From Chiloscyllium plagiosum (lineage: Eukaryota), in NCBI RefSeq assembly GCF_004010195.1, contig NC_057718.1, positions 41,623,803 through 41,687,802 on the forward strand: a stretch of 64,000 nt of DNA, written 5' to 3'. The stretch's first letter is position 1, and each line of letters begins with the position of its first letter. Position numbers and translations under genes: made by a program. The notes beneath the pieces are model-generated. The model was not told the origin of the DNA. It did not search any database and worked only from the letters and a program-made list of their open reading frames with translations. Of this stretch, positions 13,830-25,688 are shown in pieces.

Positions 13830-14160
13830 TGAGTGGCCGCAAAATCAGAGGTAGACAAGCAGGAGGCTTGAAAAACACAGTCCTGAAGAAGCATTGACTT
13901 CTCCACCTCCTGATGCTGCGTGGCTTGCCATGTTCTTCCAGCTTCCTGCATCTCTACTTTGGATTCAAGCATCCTCCGTTTTTTTTTGCTGCGAACAAAA
14001 GCAGGTGTATTAAGTTAAAAATCACACAACACCAGGTTATAGCCCAACAGGTTTATTTGGAAGCACTAGCTTTCACTCTCCAAATAAACCTGTTGGAATA
14101 TAACCTGATGTGCGATTTTTAACTTTGTACACCTCAGTCCAACACCAGCACCTCCAAAGA
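13830..14160. mobile_element. Two short Penelope-type terminal remnants, the second a ~50-bp inverted repeat (14012-14125)
   Basis: aagttaaaaatcacac...aacaggtttatttgga / tccaaataaacctgttgg...gatttttaactt arms; first remnant has cctgaagaag and tgatgctgc...ttccagc. Confidence 0.6.
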
Positions 14161-14539
14161 AAATCAGAGTGCCAAAGACAATATGACATCTGGTTTATTT
14201 CTGATAAAGTGAGAAGAATGTCTAACAGTCTCAAGTGGATGGCGGAGGTGAAAAGAGTTACCAACGATTATAAAAGTTAAAAGGTGAATGGAGAAGGTGG
14301 GCAGCAGTTTTCAAACAAACGGTGTGTAATAAACGTAAAGACAAAAAGAAAAAAAATGTGGGAAGTGAAAAAAGGAAAGTGCTTGGACAAATCATCTGAA
14401 TAATCTCGAGCAGGAAATATTGGGTGGAACTTTTGAACGGTATATAAGTTTAAAGTTAACACTGTACACTGAACCCGATGAGCTTCAGGCTGAAGTGAGT
14501 CCTTAAAACACATTCCCCTTCCCACAGCCGCTCCTTCTG

Positions 14540-14870
14540 GCTTTTATTTCCCCCAAAACATGAAGAACCAGCGGTTCCAGCACTTTTCTGGGACCTGGGT
14601 CATATCTATTTACCGCTCAGTCCTGCTCCCACTCCGCCGTCTCCACGTGAAACCGCCGCCATCTTAACCGGTAGGAGCAGCGCCGAGTGCAACCCACACA
14701 ACCTTCCGCCACCGCCAGCTGAAGAGCCCGGAACAAAGAGTCCGCCCGAGCCCTGCTCCTGCTGTAAGTTTAGAGAGAACCTCAGCAAGTGACTACAGTT
14801 TCTACTTTGGTCCCGTTCACTTTCGCACAAGTTAGGTTGAGCAAATTAATGTGACCGTCTTCGAGTCCCT
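14540..14870 (-). promoter_or_regulatory. RRP15 CpG-rich housekeeping promoter / 5' UTR
   Basis: Local GC and CpG enrichment against a CpG-depleted background; YY1 motif AAGATGGCGGC over the ATG; E-box CACGTG 14644-14649; ETS-like GGCGGAAG near 14703-14710; partial ZNF143/THAP11-type GACTACAgtttc near 14791. Confidence 0.7.
14614..14662 (-). CDS. RRP15: RRP15 coding exon 1 (MAAVSRGDGGVGAGLS + G)
   Basis: ATG at 14662 in context aagATGGCGGCG inside a CpG-rich segment; 49 nt then donor G|GTAAAT; phase 1 joins exon 2 in frame (G+AT=Asp). Confidence 0.85.
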
Positions 14871-15639
14871 GGACTGACAAAAGTATTTATCGTCCATTAG
14901 ATGCTTATGCATGACTTTTCCTGAGTCATTTTTGCGGACAGAATTCCATCACACGACAAGCTCAGTTCACACCAGGCAATAGTGAAGCCATTGATTTGCT
15001 GCTGGACAAACATCAAATCTCTCATCTGTCGCCCCTCCACTTTGACGGAATGTTCATGGTGGTGGTGGTAGTGAATGTGCAGAATTGGGTCAATGTTCAA
15101 TTCATATCCAGTTTTGTCTTTTAAAGAACAAATAAAAATGTTTCTTCTTCAGTACTCCTTAAAATGTTAAGATGGCTATGAACTTGAGAAGTGGTCTCAG
15201 TATTTCCAAGTGAATCTGCCCAGGGCCTGGCCATTGTCGCAAACAGAACCAGGCAATGCAGGACCGGGAGGGTGTTGTCCCTGCATTTCTTTTATGTGAT
15301 AAGTTCATATCTGGTTGACCGTTTAGGAGGAGCACATAGTAGTCACCAATACATTCCAGGCCTTCTGCGAGCAGTGGGAATTACGGAGGCTGTTTCCTAT
15401 CATTAACCCCCACCTCAGGGATAATTTGAGCTTTGATACAGTACCGCTTTGGAGCTGTAAATCCAAGTTTCGTTCAGTGCTGTTTAATGTTGAAAGGTTT
15501 TATTGATTTAGAATGGTAGAAATGGCCTCTGGTAAAGAATGGATGTCATCCAAGGTTCCTGGATCTTTCCAGCTTATTTTTCATTTTCATAGGAACATAC
15601 TGGTCTTGAACTCCAATCAATGGCGTTTAAATGGTAGAT

Positions 15640-16975
15640 GTGGATTTACCCTCATACAGCTGCAGCAATCTATATTTCCCAGTTCCTGTCTAATATTGTT
15701 GTAGTTAGCCTGTCCACTATTTAGTGCTTTCACCTGAGGACTACCCTTACCTGTATCCAAAAGTAACTTAAACCTTATGGAATTATGATCATTGTTCCCG
15801 AAATACCCCACTACTGAAACCTGATTGCCTGGCCAGGCTCATTTCCCAATACCAGGTCATGTATGGCCTCTATCCTGGTTGGATCATTTATATATTGCTT
15901 CAATAAACCCTTCTGGATGTACCTAACAAATTCTTCCCATCCAATTCCCTGATATTAAGGGAGTCCCAGTCAATATAGAGGAAGTTAAAATCACCCACCA
16001 CAACAACCCTATTGATTTCAAATTTTTCCATGATCTGTCCACTAGTCTGTTTCAATGTCTTCTACTGACTGTTGGGAGGCCTGTAGTATAATCCCATGAC
16101 AGTGATTGTACTCTTCCTATTCCTGAGCTCTACCTTAATGGCCTCACTGGATGAGACTTCAAAGTGTCCTCCCTTAATATGGCTATGATCGTATTGTTAT
16201 TCAGTAACACAGCTTCCCCTGCTTATTTACATCCGTCTCTATCATGCCTGAAACATCAAACTGCTAGTCTTGTCCCTTTCTCAGCCAAATGTCTGTAATA
16301 GCTACAACATCATAGTTATGTGTATTAATCCAGGCTCTAAGTTCATTTGCCTGTCATGCACCACACATTAAAACAAATACAGTTCAGACCACTAGTCCAA
16401 ATGTGTTTAATAACCTCTTCCTCTTAGCCTTATTGGCCTTGGTATCTAACTCCTCGTCAGTCATTTCACATGCTGACCTACTGTTCTAGTTCCCATCCCC
16501 CTGCCACACTAAACTCCTGAATGGCATTAACAAACCTCCCTGTCAGGTTTAAGTGCGTCCTGCCATAGAAGGCATCCGAATGTTCCACATATCGGAAGTC
16601 CTCCCTCCTACACCAACTGTTTAACTATATATTTAACTGTAATATCTTCCTATTCCTAGCCTCACTGGAACATGGCACAGGGAGTAATTCTGAGATTACA
16701 ACCCTAAATGTCCTACTTTTTAACTTAATACCTAACTCTCTGAACTCCCATTGCAGGGCTTCTTCACCCTTCTTGCCTATGTCATTAGTACCAATGTATA
16801 CAACAACCTCCGGTTGCTTGCCCTCCCTTTTGAAAATATCCTGTGTGTGCTTAGAAACATCTTTGACCCTAGCACCAGGGAGGCAACACACCATCCTGGA
16901 ATTGCTTTTGTGGCCACAGAAATGCCTATCTGTTCCCCTGACCATGGAGTTCCCTATTATAACTGCTCCTCTGCA
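15640..16975 (-). mobile_element. CR1 LINE 5' part: ORF1 SGNH esterase plus start of ORF2 APE endonuclease, degenerate
   Basis: RMVCCLPGARVKDV...PEVVVYIGTNDIG...RVVISELLPVP (ORF 16625-16945); downstream YFGNNDHNSIRF endonuclease motif. Confidence 0.9.
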
Positions 16976-17649
16976 CTTTGAACCTCCAAAAGTAATATTT
17001 TAATTTAAATTTCGTAAGTTTACTTGGAATTTCAGATTTTCTTCATGGTGCCCCCTAGGATGTATTTGCACAATTTTTGTTTAACTTATTCATTTATTAT
17101 AACAGAAACAGGTTCTGATTTTGCGTCACTAAATATTACCATTGAGGTTTTGTTGAACAGTGACATTGGAAAACCTAATCTATTAGTACTCCACTATTTG
17201 ACAGATGAGTTAACTGAAGATCACAATGTTCTTTGCTGTATTGTCAAATTGCTTGGAAGAGCAGAGAATTCCATCAAATTATGGAAGATGAGTCAATCAG
17301 TATCTATATCAGTGGTGAAAAGTCTTTCCTTAAGTGGAGGATCTGTTTTACCATCATAATAAATGCGAGAAGAAAGTACATTCTATGGTAAGTTTTGTTT
17401 TACTCTACAATAAATCCTACAGACAAAATGGACCATGATGAGAAATGCAGAGAAAAAGAAAGAGGATAAGAAATGAAAGAAGAAAATAATATATCTGTCG
17501 GGCAACCCTTTACCAACATGATGGAAGCAGCTGGCTGCATTTACATCTTTAACAAAAATTGACATCTCAGTATATGTTCCTTCATTGACATTCTCCCTGC
17601 GAGAAGAATTTTGATTTCAAGCCATATACCAAAGAACTATCTCATGTCG

Positions 17650-19395
17650 TTCATCTATCTTGGCCTCCTCCAGTGGTCCCCAGCATCACAAATGACAATC
17701 TTCAGCCAATTTGATTCACTCTACGCAATGTCAAGGAACAGTTAGAGGCATGGGGTACTGCAAAAACTATGAACCCTGACAACATTCCAGCAATAGTACC
17801 GAAGACTTGTGCTCTCGAACCTGCTGCTCCCCGAACCAAGTTATTCCAGTACAGTTACAACACTGACATCCAACCAACCATGTGGAAGATTGTGCAGGCA
17901 GGTCCTGTATACAGAAAGCAGGACAAATGCAATCCAGCCAACTACTGCCCCAACAGTCTACTTGTGATCATCAACAAATTCATGGAAGGTGTCATCAACA
18001 GTGCTATTAAGTTGCACCAGCTCAGTAATAACTTGCTCAGTGACACCCAGTTGGGGTTCCACAGGGCAACTCAGCTACTGACCTCATTACACCTTTCGTT
18101 CAAACATGAACAAAAAAAGCTGAATTCCAGAGGTCAGGCAAGAGTGACTGTTTGTGATAAGAAGGGCCTGTGCCCGAAACGTCGAATCTCCTGTTCCCTG
18201 GATGCTGCCTGACCTGCTGTGCTGTTCCAGCAATAAAGTTTCAACTTTGATCTCCAGCATCTGCAGACCTCACTTTCTCCCCACTGTTTGTGATAGCAAG
18301 GCCATGATTGGCCTAGTGTGGCATCAAGGAGCCCTAAAAAAACTGAAGTCAGTGGAAATCAAGGAAAATTCTCTACTGGTTGGAGTTATACCTGACACAT
18401 TGTCGTGATTGTTGGAGGTCAGTCAACTACATTTCCAGGACATCTCTGCAGGAGTTCCTCAGGATAGTGCCAAGGCCCAACCACCATCAGCTGCTCCATC
18501 AATTATGCCTCCATAATATTAGAAGTGGGGATATTCTCCAATGATTGCACAATGTTCAATAATATTTGTAACTCCTCAGATACTGAGGAAACCACGTGCA
18601 AATGCAGCAAGACCTGAATGATATCCAGTCTTGGCCTGAAAAGTAGCAAGCAATATTTATGCAAACACAAATTCCAGGCCATGACCATCTCCAACAAGAG
18701 ACAATCTAACAAAAAAGCCCTGACATTTAATGGTATTACCATCACTAAATCCTCCAACGTCATTAATCTGGGGCTTACGATTGACCAGAAATTGAACTAG
18801 ACTAGCCAGGTAAATACTGTGGCTATAAAAGTAAGTCAGAGACTAGGAATCCTGCAGTAAATCACTCACCGCATGATTTCCCAGAGCCTGTCTACCATCT
18901 ACAAGGCACAAGTAATGAGTACAATGGAATACCTCCCACTTGCCTGGGTGAGTACAGCTTCAACAACACTCAAGAAACTTGATGCCATCAAGGACAAAAC
19001 AGCCCACTCAATTGGTATCCAATCCCTCCACCATCAACACTCAGGAGCAGCAGTATATACCACCTACAAGATGTACTGCAGAAATTCACCAAAGTTCCTT
19101 AGATAGCACCTTCCAAGCGTACGGCCACTTCCATCTAGAAGGACAAGAGCAGTACATGGGAACACCATCATCTGCAATTTCACCTCCAAGCCACTCACCA
19201 TCCTGAGTTGGAAATTTATAACTGTTCCTTCATTGTGACTGGGTCAGGATCTTGGAATTCCCTCTTTAAGGCATTTTTGAAATAACTACAGCACTTGGAC
19301 GGAAGGAGCTCCCCACCTCCTTCTGAAGGTCAGCTATGGATGGGCAATAAATGCTGGTCAGCCAGTGATGCCCACATCCCACAAGCGAATATAAA
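17650..19395 (+). mobile_element. CR1/L2-group LINE, RT through 3' end, degenerate
   Basis: PDNIPAIVPKTCALE...NPANYCPNSLL...LLSDTQLGF; gagttcctcaggatagtg (GVPQ motif); YKAQVMSTMEYLPLAW; gggcaataaatgctgg tail. Confidence 0.9.
18160..18282 (+). mobile_element. Short Penelope pLTR insert within the LINE
   Basis: Flanked by 13-bp direct repeat actgtttgtgata (18147-18159 / 18283-18295); ends cactttctcc. Confidence 0.85.
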
Positions 19396-20190
19396 AAGAA
19401 AGAGACATTGGATTAACAATTAATGTTCAAAATGATGAAATGGGGTGCTCTTGCAAGAAAATAATTTGATAGAATTTGTCATGTGTTGAAAGATAAGAAG
19501 CAGCAAGAATTTAAAACAAGTTGTGAACTAAGAAACTGCATTCTGTTTTTTTTTCTGATGACAGAATTTTCTCCCAGTCGCAGTGGAGAAAGAACAATGT
19601 GGTGCCAAGTCAGGATGGTTGGTGTGAAGGGGAACTTACAGATAGTGATGTTCCCACACAGGTGCTGCCATGTTCTTCTGCATGTTAGAGCTCAGAAGAT
19701 TGAAAGGTGCTGTTCACACCAACTTCTCAAAGGCGAGGGATGAGCAAAAAATGCTGGCCCGGCCAATGAGATCCATATCCCATGAATAAATTTTAAAAAA
19801 AAGAACCCTGCATCACTGAATAATTCATTCAGTTTAACAGGAGCTGATATTTTTGGATGGATACAAAATAACCAAGTTCCGAAAAATAAAACTCTGAAAA
19901 ATAACCACTGGATACAGTTAATTACTCAGATGTTAAAAGGCTTCCAGTGCTTAAATCACTGGTCCTGTGTACTGAGCACTAATGCACCTTGCTCCTTTTC
20001 ATATTACAATGGCAGAGCAGAGGAACAAATTGGATTGTATATTATGTGTATTTTATACATAAATATATATTCACACACATGCACATATATACTTATGTGT
20101 CTTTGTATCAGTGTATATAACATACTTTAAACCAATAAGTGCTTTCCATTGATGTAAATGAAAAACTGAGCTCACAATATAAATTAAGTA

Positions 20191-20392
20191 CAGGTCGTTC
20201 TGCTATAACGTGTATTTTGTTAACGCGAATTCACTGTAACATGATAAACAAATTGGGGACACTGTTTCTAAAGCACAAACATTTAAAATGTGTGTTGGCT
20301 GCAATGTGATTAAGTGCTGTTTCTGAAGTGTGATTTTACTTAATGCAGGGTTGCACAAGCATGCAACCATCACATTATAGAAGATCTACCTG
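20191..20392. mobile_element. Tc1/mariner (pogo/Tigger-like) MITE, copy 1
   Basis: TA|CAGGTCGTTCTGCTATAA...TTATAGAAGATCTACCTG terminal inverted repeats; homologous to 57744-57964. Confidence 0.8.
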
Positions 20393-21369
20393 TTAATTAA
20401 ATTAGATCTTGGTCAGCAAACAGTCATTCACATTTGAAAGCATGAACTCAGCAGTGGTAATGCTTACTGGTCAGAATTCTGTGTAAATGAGAACCCCACA
20501 CTATTAGGATGTTTTTGTCAGATCAAGAAGTCATGCATCAGTTGTAAACAGTGCAAATTGACCTGCAGAGATGGCAGTAGTGGGCCTATGGTAAGACGAG
20601 GATGAGAAGGAAATTCAGCAGGGGAACAAGATGTTGGCCAGCAGCAGACTACAGTTTCACTGTGCAACCATATTTTTTGGTATCAACTTCCATGAATCCT
20701 TGAAGGACAGCTGGCTTACTTAATTCGATTTGAGAAGACTGAATAGAGCGTACAGAATATGTTTGTCAGACCGTTGTGACCCGATTTCACAGAAGTACCT
20801 TCCAATGGCATCAGCAATGGCCTGAAATCTACTTTCAGGTGTGCTGCTTTGAACAGCTCCAGGACCAAGTTAACATGAAGCAATCCTGAAAAAGCACACC
20901 TCATGAACAATGCTGAATGTAATATTCATCCCTTCATACTAGAATGTGCAATTTAATTGGCAGATCCTTGTATTCAGTTTAAATTCAACATTTTTGAACA
21001 GTGGATCTGCAATTGAGACTATCCAAATATACGTTGATTGTTTCATTCAGCAGCATGCTGTCTTTATAAAAAAATTTTTGCTTTACCTGAAAGTTTAAGA
21101 AAATAATAAAGGTTGTCACTCCAGCCTATTATATAGGTATGATATATAGGTAGCATTGTCATCCTTTAGCTTAATTTTAGACCCTCTCTGCCTAATCAAA
21201 TGCATGTTAAGGAACTCACAGCACTATCAGAAGAACAGTTCTTTTTGTGTCTTTTTAACATTGTACCCTCACAAATATTATCAGAATTATTAATCTCATT
21301 GCTGTTGTTTAATCTTTCAATGATCAAGATTGGATCAGTGGATAATTGGCCAGTATGCACCAAAATAAT

Positions 21370-23480
21370 TTATTGTGTCATATTTGTGAGTTTTTTTAAA
21401 GATAGTTTAATGCATTAAACTATCTCCCTAATTTGAGGTAAAATTGAAAGGGGCATATGATTCCCTACACTTTGTGCTTTGGTGTGTGCAGATTACAGAC
21501 TCTCAGGCTGCTAGATTCAGATATCCTGGAGAGAGACAGAGTGGGGTGGGGAGCGATGGGAGGTGTGGTTGCAGACAGAGAGAGAGATACGAAAGATAGA
21601 CAGCAGATATTGTGAACAGGCTCCTTGTTAGTCACCAGGCAGATTGCATGTGGAATTTGCTGTCTGGTGGAAGAGATAGAATATGTAGAGATTTAAGGAC
21701 CCTGGAACATATATCCTATAGTGGTTAGGAGAAGGAGCCACTGGACTGAGCCTGGCTGATGGATGTTTGTTTGGGGATTTGCAAAAAAGGGAGGAAAAGA
21801 AGTTTTGACACTGAACATTACAACTCAGAGAAATGAAGGAGAGCAAGTCCTGCAATAAAGAAAATCTACTTAGAGTGCAGGGTCATCTATAAACAAAGTG
21901 TGGGGCTTTGGTCTTGTTTAGAAATTAAAGGTGGATACCTTTTCTGTGATTCAGCTCTTTGGTTTCTGACTAAATAACAATTGATAGATGTTGATTTTAG
22001 TGTTTTAGAGAAAGTCTTAAAGCATGAAATTTTCTCAAATCTTCTTTGAATTGGCCATTAGGAATTTTGTCTCTCTTTTTAAATGTTATTAGTCTCCATG
22101 GGGATCATACAAATTGAGGGCCTGTCCAGGATATGAATCTGAAGTTTGTATACCAGTTATCTTAGAATTTGCAAGAACTTTAAAAATATGGTTTTGTTGT
22201 GTTAAATGTAAAAGTTAATATGAATACATGTTATGCTTATTTATTTCTGGAAAAATATCAACTATCTATGAACATTTTACAACAGTTAAGAATAGTTAAT
22301 TGAATGCAGTGGTGAAGAAAGGTGGAGTGGATTTAAAAGTAGCAGTCATAGAGGGAAATGTTGGTTCAGTATTGAACCTTGAGGAAGTCAAGAGTGATTC
22401 CAGTGGCACTGGTGTTGAGTTGGCTAGATTCAATTACAAATGTAACAACTGGCATTGGAAAGAGATAGCAAAAAGCAAACATTTGAGTTCAAAGAAAGAG
22501 AGAGAGAAAATAAATTATAAAAATAGAAAAACGAAGTGAAAGGAAAAGTGTAAACTTGAACATCAAAGAGATAAATGTAAACTTGAACTTGAATTCCAAA
22601 GAGGAAATGAAAATGAAAACCTTGCATTCCAGAACAAAAATGAGGAAATGTGATCCTGACAAAGAACACTTTAGCATTATGCCAACTGGGGAGTGGCTGG
22701 AAAATTTGATGATGATTCAGTTTTGACTTGTGACTTTGATTTAGCAAGGAATATTGACATAGTGACAAATTCAATGAGGGAGGAATTGACATTTATTTAG
22801 AAATTAAGAAAATTGCTACAAATGAACAATGGCCGAAAGAAAGTTGGATGATTTTATTGTAAAATATATTCATCGGGAAGCATTAGATGTGCACTCATTG
22901 CTTTTTGACATATAGTCGAGTGATTATAATAAAGTGAAAACTGCTGTTCTCAATGCACGAGTTAGTTCTTGAAGCTTACAGGCAGAAGTTAAGAAATGTA
23001 AGTAAGGAACAAACCAGACTTTTGTGGAATCTTGTAGAGAAAATGACATGATATTTAATAGGTAGTGTAGGTCTTTGAAGGTTGAACATAATTTTGAAAA
23101 CCTTAGGGAGATAATGCTAATGGAGGAATTTTAAAATATTGTCCCCTTGGGAATAATGTCTCACTTGGAAAACCATAAAGTTTCTAAGATACGAGGAGCT
23201 GCCGTAATGGTTAATGATTACACAATGTCTCACAAGCATGTTAGTAGCAGATAATTGTTTATGAGCCCTCAAAGAAACTGGGGAGAAAAGAAGATAACAC
23301 TGATAATGAACAGAACACTAGTTACAGTGAGGAAGAAAGCAGAAATAAAAAGACAGACACTTTTCACAGTAGTTAGATGAAAAACAGTATGGAAGACAGG
23401 TGTGATTCAAAGGACCAATATGTTATCTTTGTCATAAGAAAGGATACATGAAGGCAAATCATTAGAAATTAGCAACCAAG
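21370..23480 (+). mobile_element. Degenerate Gmr1-like gypsy LTR element: probable LTR, tRNA-Pro PBS, gag
   Basis: ...tcatacaaat followed by TGAGGGCCTGTCCAGGAT (22115-22132, 14/18 to tRNA-Pro PBS TGGGGGCTCGTCCGGGAT); QWPKESW, KVKTAVLNA..EAYRQK, FENLREIMLMEEF, AAVMVNDY and decayed zinc knuckle CYLCHKKGYMKANH. LTR 5' boundary uncertain. Confidence 0.8.
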
Positions 23481-25688
23481 ACAGCAGTACTTTGTTAGAG
23501 TGCAGTGTGTTCTCTGAGAATGCTGTGCCAGTAGGGAAAGCTTGTGATGACATTTTTGATTAAGTTTGAAAATTATATGGTTCAGTGTTAAAGAAGGATT
23601 TTAAATTCAAAGAAAGACAACAATGAACGTAAGAGGGGCAAGTTGGCTGTGATTGACTTGGGAAATGCATTGAAACGTATGCTGATAGACGTCAATTGTT
23701 ATATTTAAAGAATTAATACATGGTATAGAAAAAACATCAATTTCTTTAAGGCACAGAAACCCAACAAGTGAATCAACCACAGCTAACATTCCACTTTCCA
23801 TTGCCTTCATTAGAGTCTGCTGTTATATGACGTGTAGTGATATTCTCATCATCCCACAGCGTCCTTGGAAGTTCCACAAGTGATAAGGTGATTTTCTCCA
23901 ACATTCACTTTTTAAAAGTTTATTGCTGTGACCTTTTGCACCATGGACATGACCAGGTTAATTTAGCTAGCAACAACGGCATGATGCAACCTGCCTTTGA
24001 CCATTTTCTAATATCTTAGCACATTCAGTCTGCAAAAATTGCATATGTGTGAAGAAATGATTGCAAATTTAATGTAGCTGAAGTTTCCAAATACATGCTT
24101 CTTGTATTTGCCCCTTCAGTGTCCTAATGTCCAGCACATGTGGAGTCTGTGCTTTCACCCATCAAAGTGACAATGACTCCTCCCACTGTGAGCTGAGATC
24201 ATCCGAGCCATTTTCCAGTTGCATTGCACATCTAGACAATAGCAAGTGATGGCAACAAACACAACTCACAATGGACTCTGTCTGCAACAGGAACTGCCTA
24301 GTTATCGGGTGTCCAATAAAACCTCCCTGTCCAATTGTACCTTGCATTAACCCTTCAGCCCATTTCCAACAATCTCCCCAGTGGAGACCCACCACAGTGA
24401 GCTGCACCTCCAACTGTCCTCTCTGACCCCTGAGCTCTGACATTATATGATGTCCACTCTTGTCCTCTTACCTGAATCCCTCCCTGCCTGTGGCTGCTAT
24501 GTCTACAGGACTGACTGTTACTCCCTGGATGGCAGCCAAACAGATCCCTTGTTGGTGAGTGCCTGAAGCTGATGACTGAGTGTAACCAAACCCCTAGACT
24601 GAATGCAGACTGTGCCTCTGATTGATGTTACCAGGACTCCTGATATACAGCATTCTACCACACCGACTGGCTTGGCCTGAAGAACAGCCCCTACACAGTT
24701 TCTGATGTGGTCATTTGGCTGCATACAAATGCAGTGTGTTTGCTGTCAGAGAATTGGCACATTGTCTGTGGTAGATGAATGTCTCAGTGTGCTATCCAGC
24801 AAGAATTCTGCTCCTGGACAGATTCCCACTGACCAGCAATCTGCCTGTGGCTGTGCAAAGAACTTGTTAATATCGCAGGGTGGATAGTCTTTCACTCTGG
24901 TTGAAGTGGCAACACAAAAGCTCACATGGCACTGGATGGCAAGGAAAGACATGGATGTTGCAAGTACACAGATGGCTGCTAACTGAAGCAACTCTAACAG
25001 AGCAAGCCAGCAGTCCTGAGATGCAGCTTGGTCCATTTCATGACCTGGCCCTGTGCAGAATGAGCCCTTACAGCTACTGTTCAATACTAGTTACTAATTT
25101 GCTCTGAAATACAAGTCTGTGTTTCCAAAGAGGCCTGCCAGTGGATCAGAAAAATGTCATGATGGTCATGAGGGGCTGGCAAATACCAGGTAGCTATGTC
25201 AATGGAAGAAGGAGGTGTGTGGCTGGTGCCTATGGATTGTGCCCTGAGATGCTGTTTGATACAGGTCCACATTGAGGCTTCTCATAGCCAATGTTGAGCC
25301 AAACTTGCCAGGGACTCACTCTGATTTCCATATCAAGATTTTTGAATGTCCAGCTTGTTTGCTGTGTCAAAATCTCAGAATGCAGATGTGAAAAGGATAT
25401 TGAGACATTGACTAATAGCAAATAATTAATGACAATTTGGGGTGAATTGAAACTGTCTAAATTAAACATGCAAACAGAATCTGAGAACAAGGTAGCATAA
25501 CAGAAAGCAACAGTATTCAAAGCCGGTGACAGAACAAAGGAAAGCATTGCTTTGACACTGAAAGACTCAACTACAACCAATAGTGATAGCATAGAGCTGT
25601 GAGGAAGGACACATATTTTTGAACATCAATTAAAGCTTCAAAACGATGAAATAATTGTTCTTGCAAGAAGATAATTTGATGAAATTTG

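Noticed and set aside
14606..14830. 74-aa ORF as an N-terminally extended RRP15
   Set aside because: Starts at a non-ATG codon in the promoter; the YY1/Kozak ATG at 14662 with a splice donor fits better.
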